Both the position numbers and the translations under genes were made by a program. Below, one piece after another: positions 51,848-64,000 of a stretch of 64,000 bases of DNA. How positions within the stretch are numbered: position 1 is the first letter of the stretch; the number at the start of each line of letters is the position of its first letter. The notes under the pieces were generated by a model. The model saw only the letters and a program-made list of their open reading frames with translations, searched no databases and had not been told where the DNA came from. This DNA is from Octopus bimaculoides (taxonomy: Eukaryota), in NCBI RefSeq assembly GCF_001194135.2, contig NC_069000.1:4756124-4820123 (forward strand), written 5' to 3'.

Positions 51848-53100
51848 ACTCACGTGATCTTTAATACCCGCAGAATTGACACAAAACATTGTAAACACAG
51901 ACTGCATCTGGTAAAATGACACGACATATAAAGTGAATGTAGTATTCTGTACAACAAACACACGAATGTTGATGTAACAGCAGACAGTAAAAAAACAAAA
52001 CAAAACAAAAATAGCTGTGCAATAAAACAAGACAAAAGTAACACACAAACATTATTACGATCCCGAAAGACATCACTGCTCAGTGAAGGGATAACATGGA
52101 GGTGGAAATTTATGGTGCAGCAAAAACGACCAGGAAAATATAGAAAAGGGAATGATAATAATAATTTGAATCAAATTCCAAAGCATTTTACAGTGACATT
52201 ATCAAAAAAAAAAAAGAGGATAATAAATAAGTATACAAAATAAAATATTAATGTAAGATAAAACAACATCAAAAGAAACTCCGGCGTTTTTGGAAGGTAG
52301 GCTGTGTAAAGAACATTTGTATAGCTTAGTTCAGATTATGGTTTTCCCATGTTGTTAAGTGACTGTAATATTTTCTATGATAGGGAGGCGAATTGATGAA
52401 AAGGTTATGTGTCTGATAAAATTCTGCAATCTATTTTGATTTGCAGGCGTGGCATTGTGGCTTCTGCTAAAGCCGTGCCGCTGACCATTACCTCGTGTGT
52501 GGATTTGGTTCACAGAAGCTGAAAGAAGCCCATAGTATATACATATATTCGCATACATACCTATATATATATATATATATATATATNNNNNNNNNNNNNN
52601 NNNNNNNNNNNNNNNNNNNNNNNNNNNNNNNNNNNNNNNNNNNNNNNNNNNNNNNNNNNNNNNNNNNNNNNNNNNNNNNNNNNNNNNNNNNNNNNNNNNN
52701 NNNNNNNNNNNNNNNNNNNNNNNNNNNNNNNNNNNNNNNNNNNNNNNNNNNNNNNNNNNNNNNNNNNNNNNNNNNNNNNNNNNNNNNNNNNNNNNNNNNN
52801 NNNNNNNNNNNNNNNNNNNNNNNNNNNNNNNNNNNNNNNNNNNNNNNNNNNNNNNNNNNNNNNNNNNNNNNNNNNNNNNNNNNNNNNNNNNNNNNNNNNN
52901 NNNNNNNNNNNNNNNNNNNNNNNNNNNNNNNNNNNNNNNNNNNNNNNNNNNNNNNNNNNNNNNNNNNNNNNNNNNNNNNNNNNNNNNNNNNNNNNNNNNN
53001 NNNNNNNNNNNNNNNNNNNNNNNNNNNNNNNNNNNNNNNNNNNNNNNNNNNNNNNNNNNNNNNNNNNNNNNNNNTATATATATATACAGATATACATATG

Positions 53101-53157
<57 letters not shown>

Positions 53158-53303
53158 GTCTATATATATATACAAATTAAAAGGGTAAAGGGTTATCAAT
53201 TTATTAATTAATAAATCAATTAACAATTAATAATTTTTACCAAGCCCATCGGTATGAAGGCACCATTATTGGTGGAGAACTTATTTAAAAGCTCATATAT
53301 ATT

Positions 53304-53394
53304 TATAAATATAATTAAGGGAACAGCAAATATTTGCTATAAATATAATTAAGGGATCAGCAAATATTTGCTATAAATATAATTAAGGGATAAG

Positions 53395-53400
<6 letters not shown>
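53304..53400. repeat. 34-bp tandem repeat, ~2.9 copies
   Basis: Unit TATAAATATAATTAAGGGA(A/T)(C/A)AGCAAATATTTGC starting at 53304, 53338 and 53372. Confidence 0.95.
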
Positions 53401-53433
<33 letters not shown>

Positions 53434-53436
53434 ACG

Positions 53437-53582
53437 TGAACTACGTTAAGGGTACACGTGTCTGTGGAGTGCTCAGCCACTTGCACGTTAATTTCACGAG
53501 CAGGCTGTTCCGTTGATCGGATCAACTGGAACCTTCGACGTCGTAAGCGACGGAGTGCCACCAACAACAACAACAACAACAA
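53437..53582 (+). mobile_element. SINE family C, 3' half with (CAA)n tail
   Basis: GAACTACGTTAAGGGTACACGTGTCTGTGGAGTGCTCAGCCACTTGCACGTTAATTTCACGAG..GACGGAGTGCCA(CAA)n. Confidence 0.92.
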
Positions 53583-54296
53583 ATCTACCTTGTGGAATTG
53601 GCTAAAATTCACCATGAGAAATGGCACAGGGCAACACTAAGAGAAGTCCCTTTGCTCCAAAATATAGAACAAGTGGGGGAAGAGGCAGTCACCGCTCCTC
53701 AATGAAAATCGTATATGGAATTTTTTGAACCCATTGAATGACCGCCTAGCTCTTAGTACTGCACAGAACGGAAAGACAATAAAGCAATGTGATAAGACAG
53801 ATATCTGGCTGCTATTTCTAACACATTAGATAACCACGTTGAAGGTACTTCACTAACATTTATGTGTGATATGAGACTAGCGTATTGTCAGGTTTATGAC
53901 TTCCTGTTCAGAACTCTTTACATAAATGTCTTTGATAATATTCTATTAATCAAATTAAATCTCTTGACAGCGTCAACTCAAACAGATTATGAACATAAAG
54001 ACTTCGTTTCATCTCTCGATAAAAGTGTATTTATTCAGTTCACAACCATTCACCTGGTCTAGTAGTAGTTTTCGGAATACTTAGTTCTGTGGTTGAGTGG
54101 TTAGACAGTATGACTCTGTAAACACGTGTTTCTGTATGACATTCAAACCGTGTAACACATTGAGGAAGTGTCTTTAGATTCAGTGAGTGAACGAACGATA
54201 GAAATTAAAATTTGGTAACCGGAAGCTACGAACACTCGGTGTATATATATGCATCATACACACACACAATGTGCGATGGGTAAATTGTCACCATTT

Positions 54297-54299
<3 letters not shown>

Positions 54300-54361
<62 letters not shown>

Positions 54362-54519
54362 GACGGGCGTGTTTCAGTTTCCGTCTACCAAATCCATTCA
54401 CAAGGCTTTGGTCGGACCGAGCCTAGAGTAGAAGACACCCAAATTGGCACGCAGTGGGACAGAACACGGAACCATGTGGTTGGGAAGCAAGCATCTTACC
54501 ACACAGCCACGCCTGCCCC
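54300..54519 (-). mobile_element. SINE family B, head and 5' body up to the internal (TA)n
   Basis: CGACGGGC..TTTCAGTTTCCGTCTACCAAATCCATTCACAAGGCTTTGGTCGG..CTTACCACACAGCCACGCCTGC. Confidence 0.92.
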
Positions 54520-55245
54520 TACGTTTACAAATATTTCTGAAGTCATGCATAGAAATCGAACCTTTGTTGGATTTCTCTAACATGTAACATAACTAAAGGA
54601 CGGGTTGTATTTCGTATATTTCAGGAGAGTTAAAACAATTAAAAAGAACGGATATACAAAGTGATAAAATTCCGGTAGGAAGCACATATTAATCGCAAAG
54701 GATCCAAAAATTTTAGAAATTGTGAAAAATTATCAAGGGAGAAATAGAGACATCAACACATGTATTAGAGATGTGATAGAAAATTGGGAATAACTAATTA
54801 ATTTCTGAAACCAGTTTCTCACACTCCGAAATTTTAATATCGCTATGATTTTCTTGTATTTTATTTCTCTTGCCTTAAATTTAGGCTTTTATTTGGGATA
54901 TATTTAAGTTCTTGATAAATTGTTAAATGAATAAATATGAATATTAATTATTGTTTCTTCCTATTTATTAATATGGAAGAATTTGTTCTATAACCATCAA
55001 CACGATGAGTTAAAATCCTCTCAGTTTTACTATTCTTGGTAAAGATTTCATCAAAGAATACACAACTGTGTACAGTGGTCCAAACAAAAATGGCAACTAA
55101 AAGAAGACGATAAAAGATGAGCTAAATGCAGATGCTGTTATCGGCTGCTTCACCTCACAAGCAGTACGTCAATGGTCGTGTAAAATAATGAAAGTTGCTA
55201 TACCTGCTATTTTACGCTCCTGCCATTGTTATAATGTGTCGTGTC

Positions 55246-55495
55246 CGGCAAATCAACCGTAAGAAATTTCGCCTCATAGCAAAATTTGCCGTAAGGCAAA
55301 TTCACCGTATGACAATTATAAAGCGCATTATATCAGCAATTTTTTTAAAACAAAGAAAAGAACGATAAAAGTTTTTTTTTATAAAAGCATTAAATATGCA
55401 AATGATTATTCAATGTTAAACATGATGAGGTCAGTTAAAAGGAAATATCTTACGGCGAATTTCCTGCGGCAAAAATGTTTATAGCAAAATTCCCA
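55246..55495. repeat. Clusters of short subterminal-type repeats in inverted orientation (possible decayed MITE)
   Basis: RGCRAAWT..CCGTA-like units at 55246-55312 and 55449-55495. AAATTTGCCGTAAG (55282-95) matches the reverse complement of 55449-62 at 13 of 14 positions. Confidence 0.45.
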
Positions 55496-55909
55496 ATAAC
55501 CATAATGTCTAAAACAAAATTAAAAATAGATACGAGACTGCAGAAAACAGAAATGAAATTTTATCAAAATAGGGATTCTTTTTTGTATAAATACTTTCAA
55601 TAGTTCTTTTAGTTGTTGACACTTCGTCCCTTATTTTCAATATTCCGCATATCTTAAAATCGAGAGAGGAAATGTTGGATAAGAGAACACTATTTTAGGT
55701 ACTTTGTTAAAGCACTAATATATAACACAACCGCGAGGAAGATTTGAAATGGAGATGGATTGATTGGACGCCATTATATAGATACACTCGCGCATAAACT
55801 TGCATAGAAACAAGGATATTGACAGGATTCGTCTTGGAGGCGAATAAGGCAAAGGCTGGAGATCAGTGTAGACAGCTCTTGAATGCCGTATAATATAATC
55901 TAGTAACTG

Positions 55910-56073
55910 AAGGCGACGGACTCATAAAATCGTTAGCATACCAGGTAAAATTCTAAGCGGAGTTTCGTATTCATATTTTGAGTTCAGATTCCGCCGGGAA
56001 CTGACTTTGCCATCCATCCTTTCAGAGTTGAATAAAATAAGTGCCAGTTAAACATTGAACTCGATGTAATCAG

Positions 56074-56125
<52 letters not shown>

Positions 56126-56130
56126 TTATC
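55910..56130 (+). mobile_element. SINE family A, decayed, running into (TATC)n
   Basis: AAGGCGACGGAC..AAATCGTTAGCA..GAGTTCAGATTCCGCCG..CATCCTTTC..AATAAGTGCCAGTT..CGATGTAATC. Confidence 0.8.
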
Positions 56131-56195
56131 TATCTATCTGTCTGCCTGTCGCTCTGTCTTTCTTTCTCTCTCTCCCTCTCTATCTTTCAACTTAC

Positions 56196-56378
56196 CTGCC
56201 TAAATAAATATGTGCGTGTATGTGTGAGCGTGTTTATTTGGTTGCAAGTATTCCAGATCAGCTCTAACAGGTGGTTCAACAACAGCAACAAAGGCAACAA
56301 CAAAGACAAGAGTACCGGCAACAATAACAACGAGAACAACAACAGCAGCAGCAGCAGCAGCAGTAGCAGGATGAACGT
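56196..56378 (-). other. Candidate exon (183 nt, or 68 nt from the alternative acceptor at 56263)
   Basis: Minus-strand donor CAG|GTAAGT (56196/56195). Acceptors TTTTCTTATTACTTTTGCAG| preceded by CCCTAAC, or CCACCTGTTAG|. The body is low-complexity (GTT/GCT)n. Confidence 0.25.
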
Positions 56379-57203
56379 CTGCAAAAGTAATAAGAAAAAC
56401 AGCAGCAACAACAAAGGCATCGATTCAGTTAGGGTAATATTATCTTCATATCGGCTTCTGTCAGATTTTACGTCGAAATCGCCATGACACCCCAAACTAC
56501 CATTCACAACAATAAATACATAAAAAAGTAAGAAAAAAAAAAAACAGCATAAAACAACGTTTCCATCGGAATATTATGTAGTCCTAGTGACTTTATGTTT
56601 GAAACTATGAGGAGATAGCCATGGATGGAATATTAAACATAAATAGGACTCCACAATCCCAAGCAGCACTGAGATTAAAAAAGAGAAACTCAACGAAACT
56701 AACTATACAGGCAATAAGACCACCATATTAATAGTTTCTGCTACTCCATTTTGAAGCGATTTTTTTTCCTGCTTTTTCCAAGCAAATAATGATAACAAGC
56801 CGAATATCTCATAAAATAATATTTCATGGTTGTTATGAGAGAAATATATTATGCCATGGAGAAATAATATTCTTTCATAGGTCTGCGGTGTGGAAATAAA
56901 TTGAATAGAGGCGTTATTATAAGCGGAATTGTGTTACGTAATTCGCTTGGAATAGTTACTTTAGCATCAATAATGTCCCTTAATGTATTGTTGTTTTGCT
57001 ATTAATCACGTGACGAATTTACCATTGCACAATGTGTGTGGCGGTATACATATATATTATATACATCTACTTAGTATACGTAGGTGTGAATATATATTTA
57101 TATACAATTCTGTATAAAAAAGAATACAAGTATCCTATTTTCAGTAATCTTTCGTTACTCCATATATGTTGTCAAAATGCGAACCAATCCATCTATTCAC
57201 CAG

Positions 57204-57298
<95 letters not shown>

Positions 57299-59432
57299 TT
57301 TGTCTGTCTGTCTGCCTTAATCTCTGACTCTGTCTGTCTACATATATATATATATATGTATATATACTTTATTCAAAAGCAGCAGAAATATAACAAAAGC
57401 TGCTTTTAAATAAAGCATATTGCTCTACCTCTGGTATTTGAGTACTCTTTTTTCTACCTTGTTTCACATTTATGTGCTTACTCCAATATATGTATATATG
57501 TTCATACAGACCTGTATATATGAGTATGCATACAAGCGTATATACACACGCACACACATACATATGCATATGCCTACACATACAGACACACCGATGTCTC
57601 ACTGTATACCTGCGCGTGTACTAATTCTCTAGATATATGTTTATGAACAAGTGAAAATTTTCTCAATATATTGGAGAAGTATAAATATTGTTGATCCGGT
57701 AAAATATAGACAAATAAACACACGCCGACACACGTGCGCGCGTGTGTATCTTATATGTACACAATCATTTATTACAAACATGCGCATATAGACACAACGA
57801 TATAGTTGCATAGTTGAATAGGCAAGACTACAAAATAAATGAATATATGGACAGTCTAGACCACAGATACACCATATATTTAAATACGCATTATATATAT
57901 ATATATATATATATATATTTAAAATTATATTTCAAAACACAGAGGAAAAAAACAAAGAAAAAGGAAAGAACGAACCGACAAACGTGATGACGTAGCACAA
58001 GTAAAATATTCATATGGCGTCATCACTGTTTTTGCCTTCGTTTTCGTCACTATCATAATCATCATTACCGCCGTCGTCACCACGTTCGTCTTCCTGTCTT
58101 CCCTCCACCTCATCAACAATACGTTTGCCATCCTCCTCCTCCTCCTCCGNNNNNNNNNNNNNNNNNNNNNNNNNNNNNNNNNNNNNNNNNNNNNNNNNNN
58201 NNNNNNNNNNNNNNNNNNNNNNNNNNNNNNNNNNNNNNNNNNNNNNNNNNNNNNNNNNNNNNNNNNNNNNNNNNNNNNNNNNNNNNNNNNNNNNNNNNNN
58301 NNNNNNNNNNNNNNNNNNNNNNNNNNNNNNNNNNNNNNNNNNNNNNNNNNNNNNNNNNNNNNNNNNNNNNNNNNNNNNNNNNNNNNNNNNNNNNNNNNNN
58401 NNNNNNNNNNNNNNNNNNNNNNNNNNNNNNNNNNNNNNNNNNNNNNNNNNNNNNNNNNNNNNNNNNNNNNNNNNNNNNNNNNNNNNNNNNNNNNNNNNNN
58501 NNNNNNNNNNNCCTCCTCCTCATCATCATCATCATCATCAACAACAACGTATAAAAACATCACTTCATAAACACAAACATAATCTACGCAGATAGACAAT
58601 TAGCACCAACAACTCAGTAATTATGGCGTTCATTTTGTTTTATCAAAATGACCAAAACATACTTTCTTCAAGAACGAGTAGAATTATTGTAAATTTGAGA
58701 TAATTTTTTCCTTGGATTTTTGGTTTTCTTCCGCTTTTCTTTTTTTAGCGGTGGCCGAATCGTAGCGATGTTCTTTGAGATTCTACAGATCTTGACCTTT
58801 TAAAAATCATTCAAGACAAAGTAGCATTCAGGAAATGTTAAAAGCAACAAACCATTCTTGCATCAGATCTATTCAAAGAAACAAAAAAAAATCGTCGAAT
58901 TTGCAGAAGACATTACAGGAAACATTCGGCGAAAGTAGGATTAAATATTTGAGAACGAAAGAAAAAAAAAACTGCGCGATAACATTGCCATTGGCATTAA
59001 TCAACAATAATATTCGCGACAAATCAATAATTAATTTTAATTTATGTTTGCTAAGCTATTCCTTGTCTTCGTGGTTAAGATATTAGCTTAAAAACTGCAG
59101 GAATTCGAAGACAGGATGGAAACATTTTCGCTTTGGTCATTTTTGCATTTTACATTTTTATCCCAAGTCTTTCGGGACAAGCAGCTTTTAGGCAAACGAC
59201 AGATGAGTACACACTCAAGATATAGATATAGAGAGAGGGAGATATGGTAAGAGAGAAGGAGTTTACCCTTACGCTATTTATCTTATCCATGGGCACAGTC
59301 TACCAAGCAAGACAGCATCTCGGAATTTTGTTTTTGTTTTGTTTTATCCAACACATATCATGCCTGAATATGCACAAATATCACTCGAATTATTAAAATT
59401 ACGAAGAGACAGAGAGAGAAGAAGTAAGATTG

Positions 59433-59827
59433 GTTTCAAATTTTAGCACAAGGCCACCCTCAAATGATGAAAGGCAAAGTCGACCTCGGTGGAGTTTGAA
59501 CTCAGAAGATAAAAATAGACGGAATGATGATAAGCATTTTGCTCGTTGCAATTCTGCCAGCTCGGCGCCTTAAGAGAAAATGGAATAATTAAAAGGATAC
59601 AAATGGATGCGGGGTTGATAAGCTATATCGTAGTCTTTACTATAGAGTTGTTTCCATTGTAGGGGGAGTCAATCATATCGACCCCAGTGCTCGAATGATA
59701 CATATTTTATCGACCCTGAAAAGATGAAAGGCAATGATGACGTCAGTTGAATTTGAACGTAAAAACGTATGAAATATCGTTAACCGTTTTGTCCAGCGTG
59801 GTAACAATTTGGTCCTCTCGTCGCCTT
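59433..59827 (-). mobile_element. Two SINE family A copies (59433-59571 internally deleted; 59662-59827 decayed)
   Basis: GATGAAAGGCAAAGTCGACCTCGGTGGAGTTTGAACTCAG and ATCGACCCCAGTG..TTTATCGACCCTGAAAAGATGAAAGGC. Confidence 0.85.
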
Positions 59828-60413
59828 GTTTTGTAAGTTAAGTAAAGAAATCGAATACAATCATTTGTAAGAAACAGTACGGAAGACACGCAGAAAAAAA
59901 AATATGGAATCCTAAATCTACGCTTCTTGAAATCGAACTGTGACATCTAGCTGATGAAAATATAAATAACATTTTTATACGAAGCTCTTTTGAATCTGCC
60001 AACACACTCTCCTCATACGATCCATTAAACTATGTAAATATACCGATTGACATTTGATAAACTAATCTTTGATATCGATTCTCTCTGGGATATAAAGAGT
60101 AGAACAGATACCAATTCTATGCAGTGATAAGATTCAAAGAACATTTGTTCTTCTGGCTTTGAAATTTAGAAATACAATAAATCCGATTATAACTAATGTA
60201 TGCAGTGTTTCAATAATTTATTTCATAATCTCTTCTCAATTGTTGAATAATAGTATTTCTCGTGGGAGTGGAATTTGATATTGCTAAATCTTTCCAGGTT
60301 GTGCGCCACAGACAGAGATATTGATTTTTTTTTTTTTACATATTTAAAAATGTTAAAAACTAACCACAGAACGCCATAGATTTAAAAGAGAAAGCATGAA
60401 TCAGTGCCATCGT

Positions 60414-60690
60414 TTGTCTTTTAATTCTTTCAAACATGAGATTACCGCCAAGCTGGAACACCGCCTTCAAGAATTTTTAGTCGATCGAATAGATCCCGGT
60501 ACTTATTTAATAATTTTTTAAAGTCTGGCTCTTATTCCATCAGTATCTTTTGTCGAGCTGTTAAATTACTGAGATGTAAGCACACCGATACCGGTTATCA
60601 AGTAGTGGTGGAGGAGAAATGCACAGATACACACACATACACACATACACAGACACAGACACAAACATACAGACACACAAATACGCAAAC
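60414..60690 (-). mobile_element. SINE family B, 3' half up to the internal (CA)n
   Basis: GCTGGAACACCGCCTT..AGTCGA..CTTATT..TCTTTTGTCGAGCTG..ACACCGATACCGGTT.TCAAG, reverse of the family B body. Confidence 0.75.
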
Positions 60691-61184
60691 ACACCTCAGA
60701 CTGAAGAAACCAGCAAGGACACCCACGGTGATGATCCAGACTGACCACGGCCGCATCGCTGAAACGAGTAAAAGAGTAAACGATTAAAAGAGTATATTGA
60801 TAAACCCAGAAAAAATTCACATCCTTATACAAAAATATATGTAATGAATGAAGCCCCATAATGTTTGGCGGTGCAGAACCCGTTCTTTCGAATAGTCCAA
60901 ATCTAGTGTAAATCTATCTGAAAATATACAAACTGAAACCATATTCTACTAACCTAAGTTTTACGACGTATTCTATTATCAAATAAAATATTCAAATAAG
61001 ATTTACATACAATAAGTTATGCACCACCATTTTAATGCTTCGAAAATTTTACTTCGTTATACATGTTGAAATTATTTGTGTAATGTCTTTGTTCATATTA
61101 TATGTTATAAAATTTACAATATGCATAAATACACAGACACACGCACATATATATCTATTCATATATACATACATACATACATAC

Positions 61185-61216
<32 letters not shown>

Positions 61217-61577
61217 ATANNNNNNNNNNNNNNNNNNNNNNNNNNNNNNNNNNNNNNNNNNNNNNNNNNNNNNNNNNNNNNNNNNNNNNNNNNNNNNNNN
61301 NNNNNNNNNNNNNNNNNNNNNNNNNNNNNNNNNNNNNNNNNNNNNNNNNNNNNNNNNNNNNNNNNNNNNNNNNNNNNNNNNNNNNNNNNNNNNNNNNNNN
61401 NNNNNNNNNNNNNNNNNNNNNNNNNNNNNNNNNNNNNNNNNNNNNNNNNNNNNNNNNNNNNNNNNNNNNNNNNNNNNNNNNNNNNNNNNNNNNNNNNNNN
61501 NNNNNNNNNNNNNNNNNNNNNNNNNNNNNNNNNNNNNNNNNNNNNNNTATATATATATATGTATGTATGTATGTACG

Positions 61578-61613
<36 letters not shown>

Positions 61614-61974
61614 CAGCTATCTATCTGTATACGCAATTTAGTATTAATTGCTCATAAATATATTTACGAAGTATACACGAGAACACTACTTTCAAATGAA
61701 GCATTTCACACTAATTTGCATATTACGGCTATTTAAGCAGCGAATTTCATTTCCAGTTCTGTGTGTAAATTAGAAGACATATGAATAAAAGTGACATGCA
61801 CGTGAAATAAAAATATGATAATAAAAATTAGACGTGACTAGAAATGGTATGTTCCTGGTAAATATTCGTTTCGGATAGGAATAAAAAATACATCAGTAAA
61901 AGGTATGTGAGGATTATGAAGAGATAAATTATCTGGTATTTCAGTTTGATGTTTGGTGATGATCACGTCAGCTT

Positions 61975-62355
61975 TGATTGTACATACATACATACATACA
62001 TACATACATACGTACGTAAGTACATACATACATACATATATGCAGACATACATACATGCATACTTACATATATGCAAACATACATACATACATATACATG
62101 CATACAAACATACATACATACATGCATATACATACATATATGCATACATACATGCATACACACATAAATACATACATATATGCATATACACATACATTTA
62201 TACATACTTGCATATATACAAATATACATACATGCATACACGCATACATACATGCATGCATACACACATACATATATACATATATGAATACATACGTACA
62301 TGCATATACATACATATATGCATATACATACATACATATTTACACACACGTAGGT
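61975..62355. repeat. Mosaic (TACA)/(TA)/(TGCA) low-complexity tract
   Basis: Directly visible. Confidence 0.9.
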
Positions 62356-63291
62356 ATATAATTACAAACAAGAATACCTGAGTGAGCGAATCTTTTTATT
62401 ACATCAATTTACAATTATTGTATCTGATGTGATGCAATAAATTCATTTGGTCACTCTTTTTTTCTTACTTGTAATTTTAAGAACTTGAGCGATATTTGTG
62501 GATATTGAAGCACGATATTTGTTGAATAAAACAAAAAGAAAAAATCCCTTTTGCTGTGGCACTTGGAAGACTGTGTCCATGAATAAGATTAATAGAGTAA
62601 GGCTAAACCCCAAGGTTAATACACAAATGTACATTTTCTTTTCCATTGGACAGTGTATATCTTTGCATAAGCATTGGTGTGTGCTTAGATACACAATGAA
62701 AAGTTTTCACTTGTACCAAACAAGCTGCTTAAGAAATTACAATTTAATAACGCTTCAGATTTCATTGTAAAATTTTGAAGAAACAAGGAATATGGTGACT
62801 TGTAGGGTCACCGTATGTCGTCCTTCAACAACAATATACGACCAAGTATATTAAACATCTTTTTTTAAACGACTATTGAATAGGTTGCAAAGCGCAACGC
62901 ACATTTTAGTAAAAATAAATAAAAGAGTGGAAATCAGACCAGTGAGTGTGTTAAATTAATAAGGCACTAAAAGAGAATGACTCCCCACTGACACAATAAT
63001 ATATGCTTCAACGCATGAATGGACATACCGAAGCACGCAAACCAAATACAAGAAAGAAATCTGTAGAAATAACCTTAACAAAATAATGTAAAGAGCACTG
63101 CTGACGCAGTAGAACCTCGTGTTGCCTTGTAAAAACATTTTATATAGTTTATAGGTTATTATGGTTGCATAACGAAATACCACGAACATACAAATTATAT
63201 GTATATATATATATGTATATATGTGTGTGTTTGTGTGTGTGTGTATGCGTATGCATGTGTATATATATATGTATGTATATATGTATGTATG

Positions 63292-63340
<49 letters not shown>

Positions 63341-63544
63341 GTGTATGTATATATGTATATACATATATATATACATATATATATATATACATATATATGT
63401 ATGTACAAATAACTACAGCTTATTGGAAATATATTGGACATTAATTCAGTTTCTTTTTAAATAGCGGATTATTATTCATCTATTTATGTACACAAGACTT
63501 ATTACTATTATCAATATTCTTGTTGTTGTCGCTGTTGTAGTTAC

Positions 63545-63562
63545 TATTATTATTATTATTAC

Positions 63563-63661
<99 letters not shown>

Positions 63662-63685
63662 CATCATTATTATTATTATTGTTAT
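63545..63685. repeat. Long (ATT)n microsatellite
   Basis: Directly visible; about 45 units with few interruptions. Confidence 0.95.
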
Positions 63686-63946
63686 CATTGTTGTTGTTCT
63701 TGCATTTGTATTTTGTGGGTTATATTTGTTTAGTGGGTTTGCTTTTAGATTTTCTTTTGTATTTTATGAATTTTGATTTTTCTTTAAATGTAGAAATAAT
63801 TGGTTAGGATTTATTTAGAGATAATTTCTTTACGATTGACACAACTATAATTGCTCTGGTCAAAAATAGGAAGAGGCAATATGAGGTTACACACACACAC
63901 ACACACACCTGCATATATATATATATATGTATATATATAGATAAAC

Positions 63947-63983
<37 letters not shown>

Positions 63984-64000
63984 TATATACATACCTACGT

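Noticed and set aside
53304-53400. Repeat with palindrome as a CRISPR array (also 11024-11340)
   Set aside because: The units are contiguous with no unique spacers, there are no cas genes, and the context is eukaryotic.
62785-62815. Short inverted repeat ATATGGTGAC..GTCACCGTAT resembling a hAT terminus
   Set aside because: Only 10 bp, with no partner end or TSD.

Overview
AT-rich eukaryotic, repeat-dense, mostly intronic or intergenic DNA from a gapped short-read assembly. It has 20 N-gaps (about 6.7 kb), nearly all opening at or inside (TA)n or (CA)n tracts. I recognise the SINE repertoire from memory as octopus-like (coleoid cephalopod); this is an inference, not a database result. None of the ORFs in the supplied track looks like a real gene: they are microsatellite or gap read-throughs, apart from one that overlaps a dead mariner fragment and three that overlap speculative exons. 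Well-supported content: over 30 copies or fragments of four tRNA-headed SINE families (labelled A-D here); decayed fragments of a mariner transposase, an RLE-type (R4/Dong-like) LINE and an RTE LINE; two near-palindromic ~280 bp MITE-like hairpins; and many micro- and minisatellites. The most interesting observations are a minimal hammerhead-ribozyme-like motif (36718-36759) in what looks like a Penelope-type terminus, and a speculative chain of short minus-strand exons ending in an ATG-bearing exon at 29-80. I found no CRISPR array, rRNA, true tRNA gene, recognisable miRNA or prokaryote-type system, and I cannot support a claim of a wholly new biological system here.
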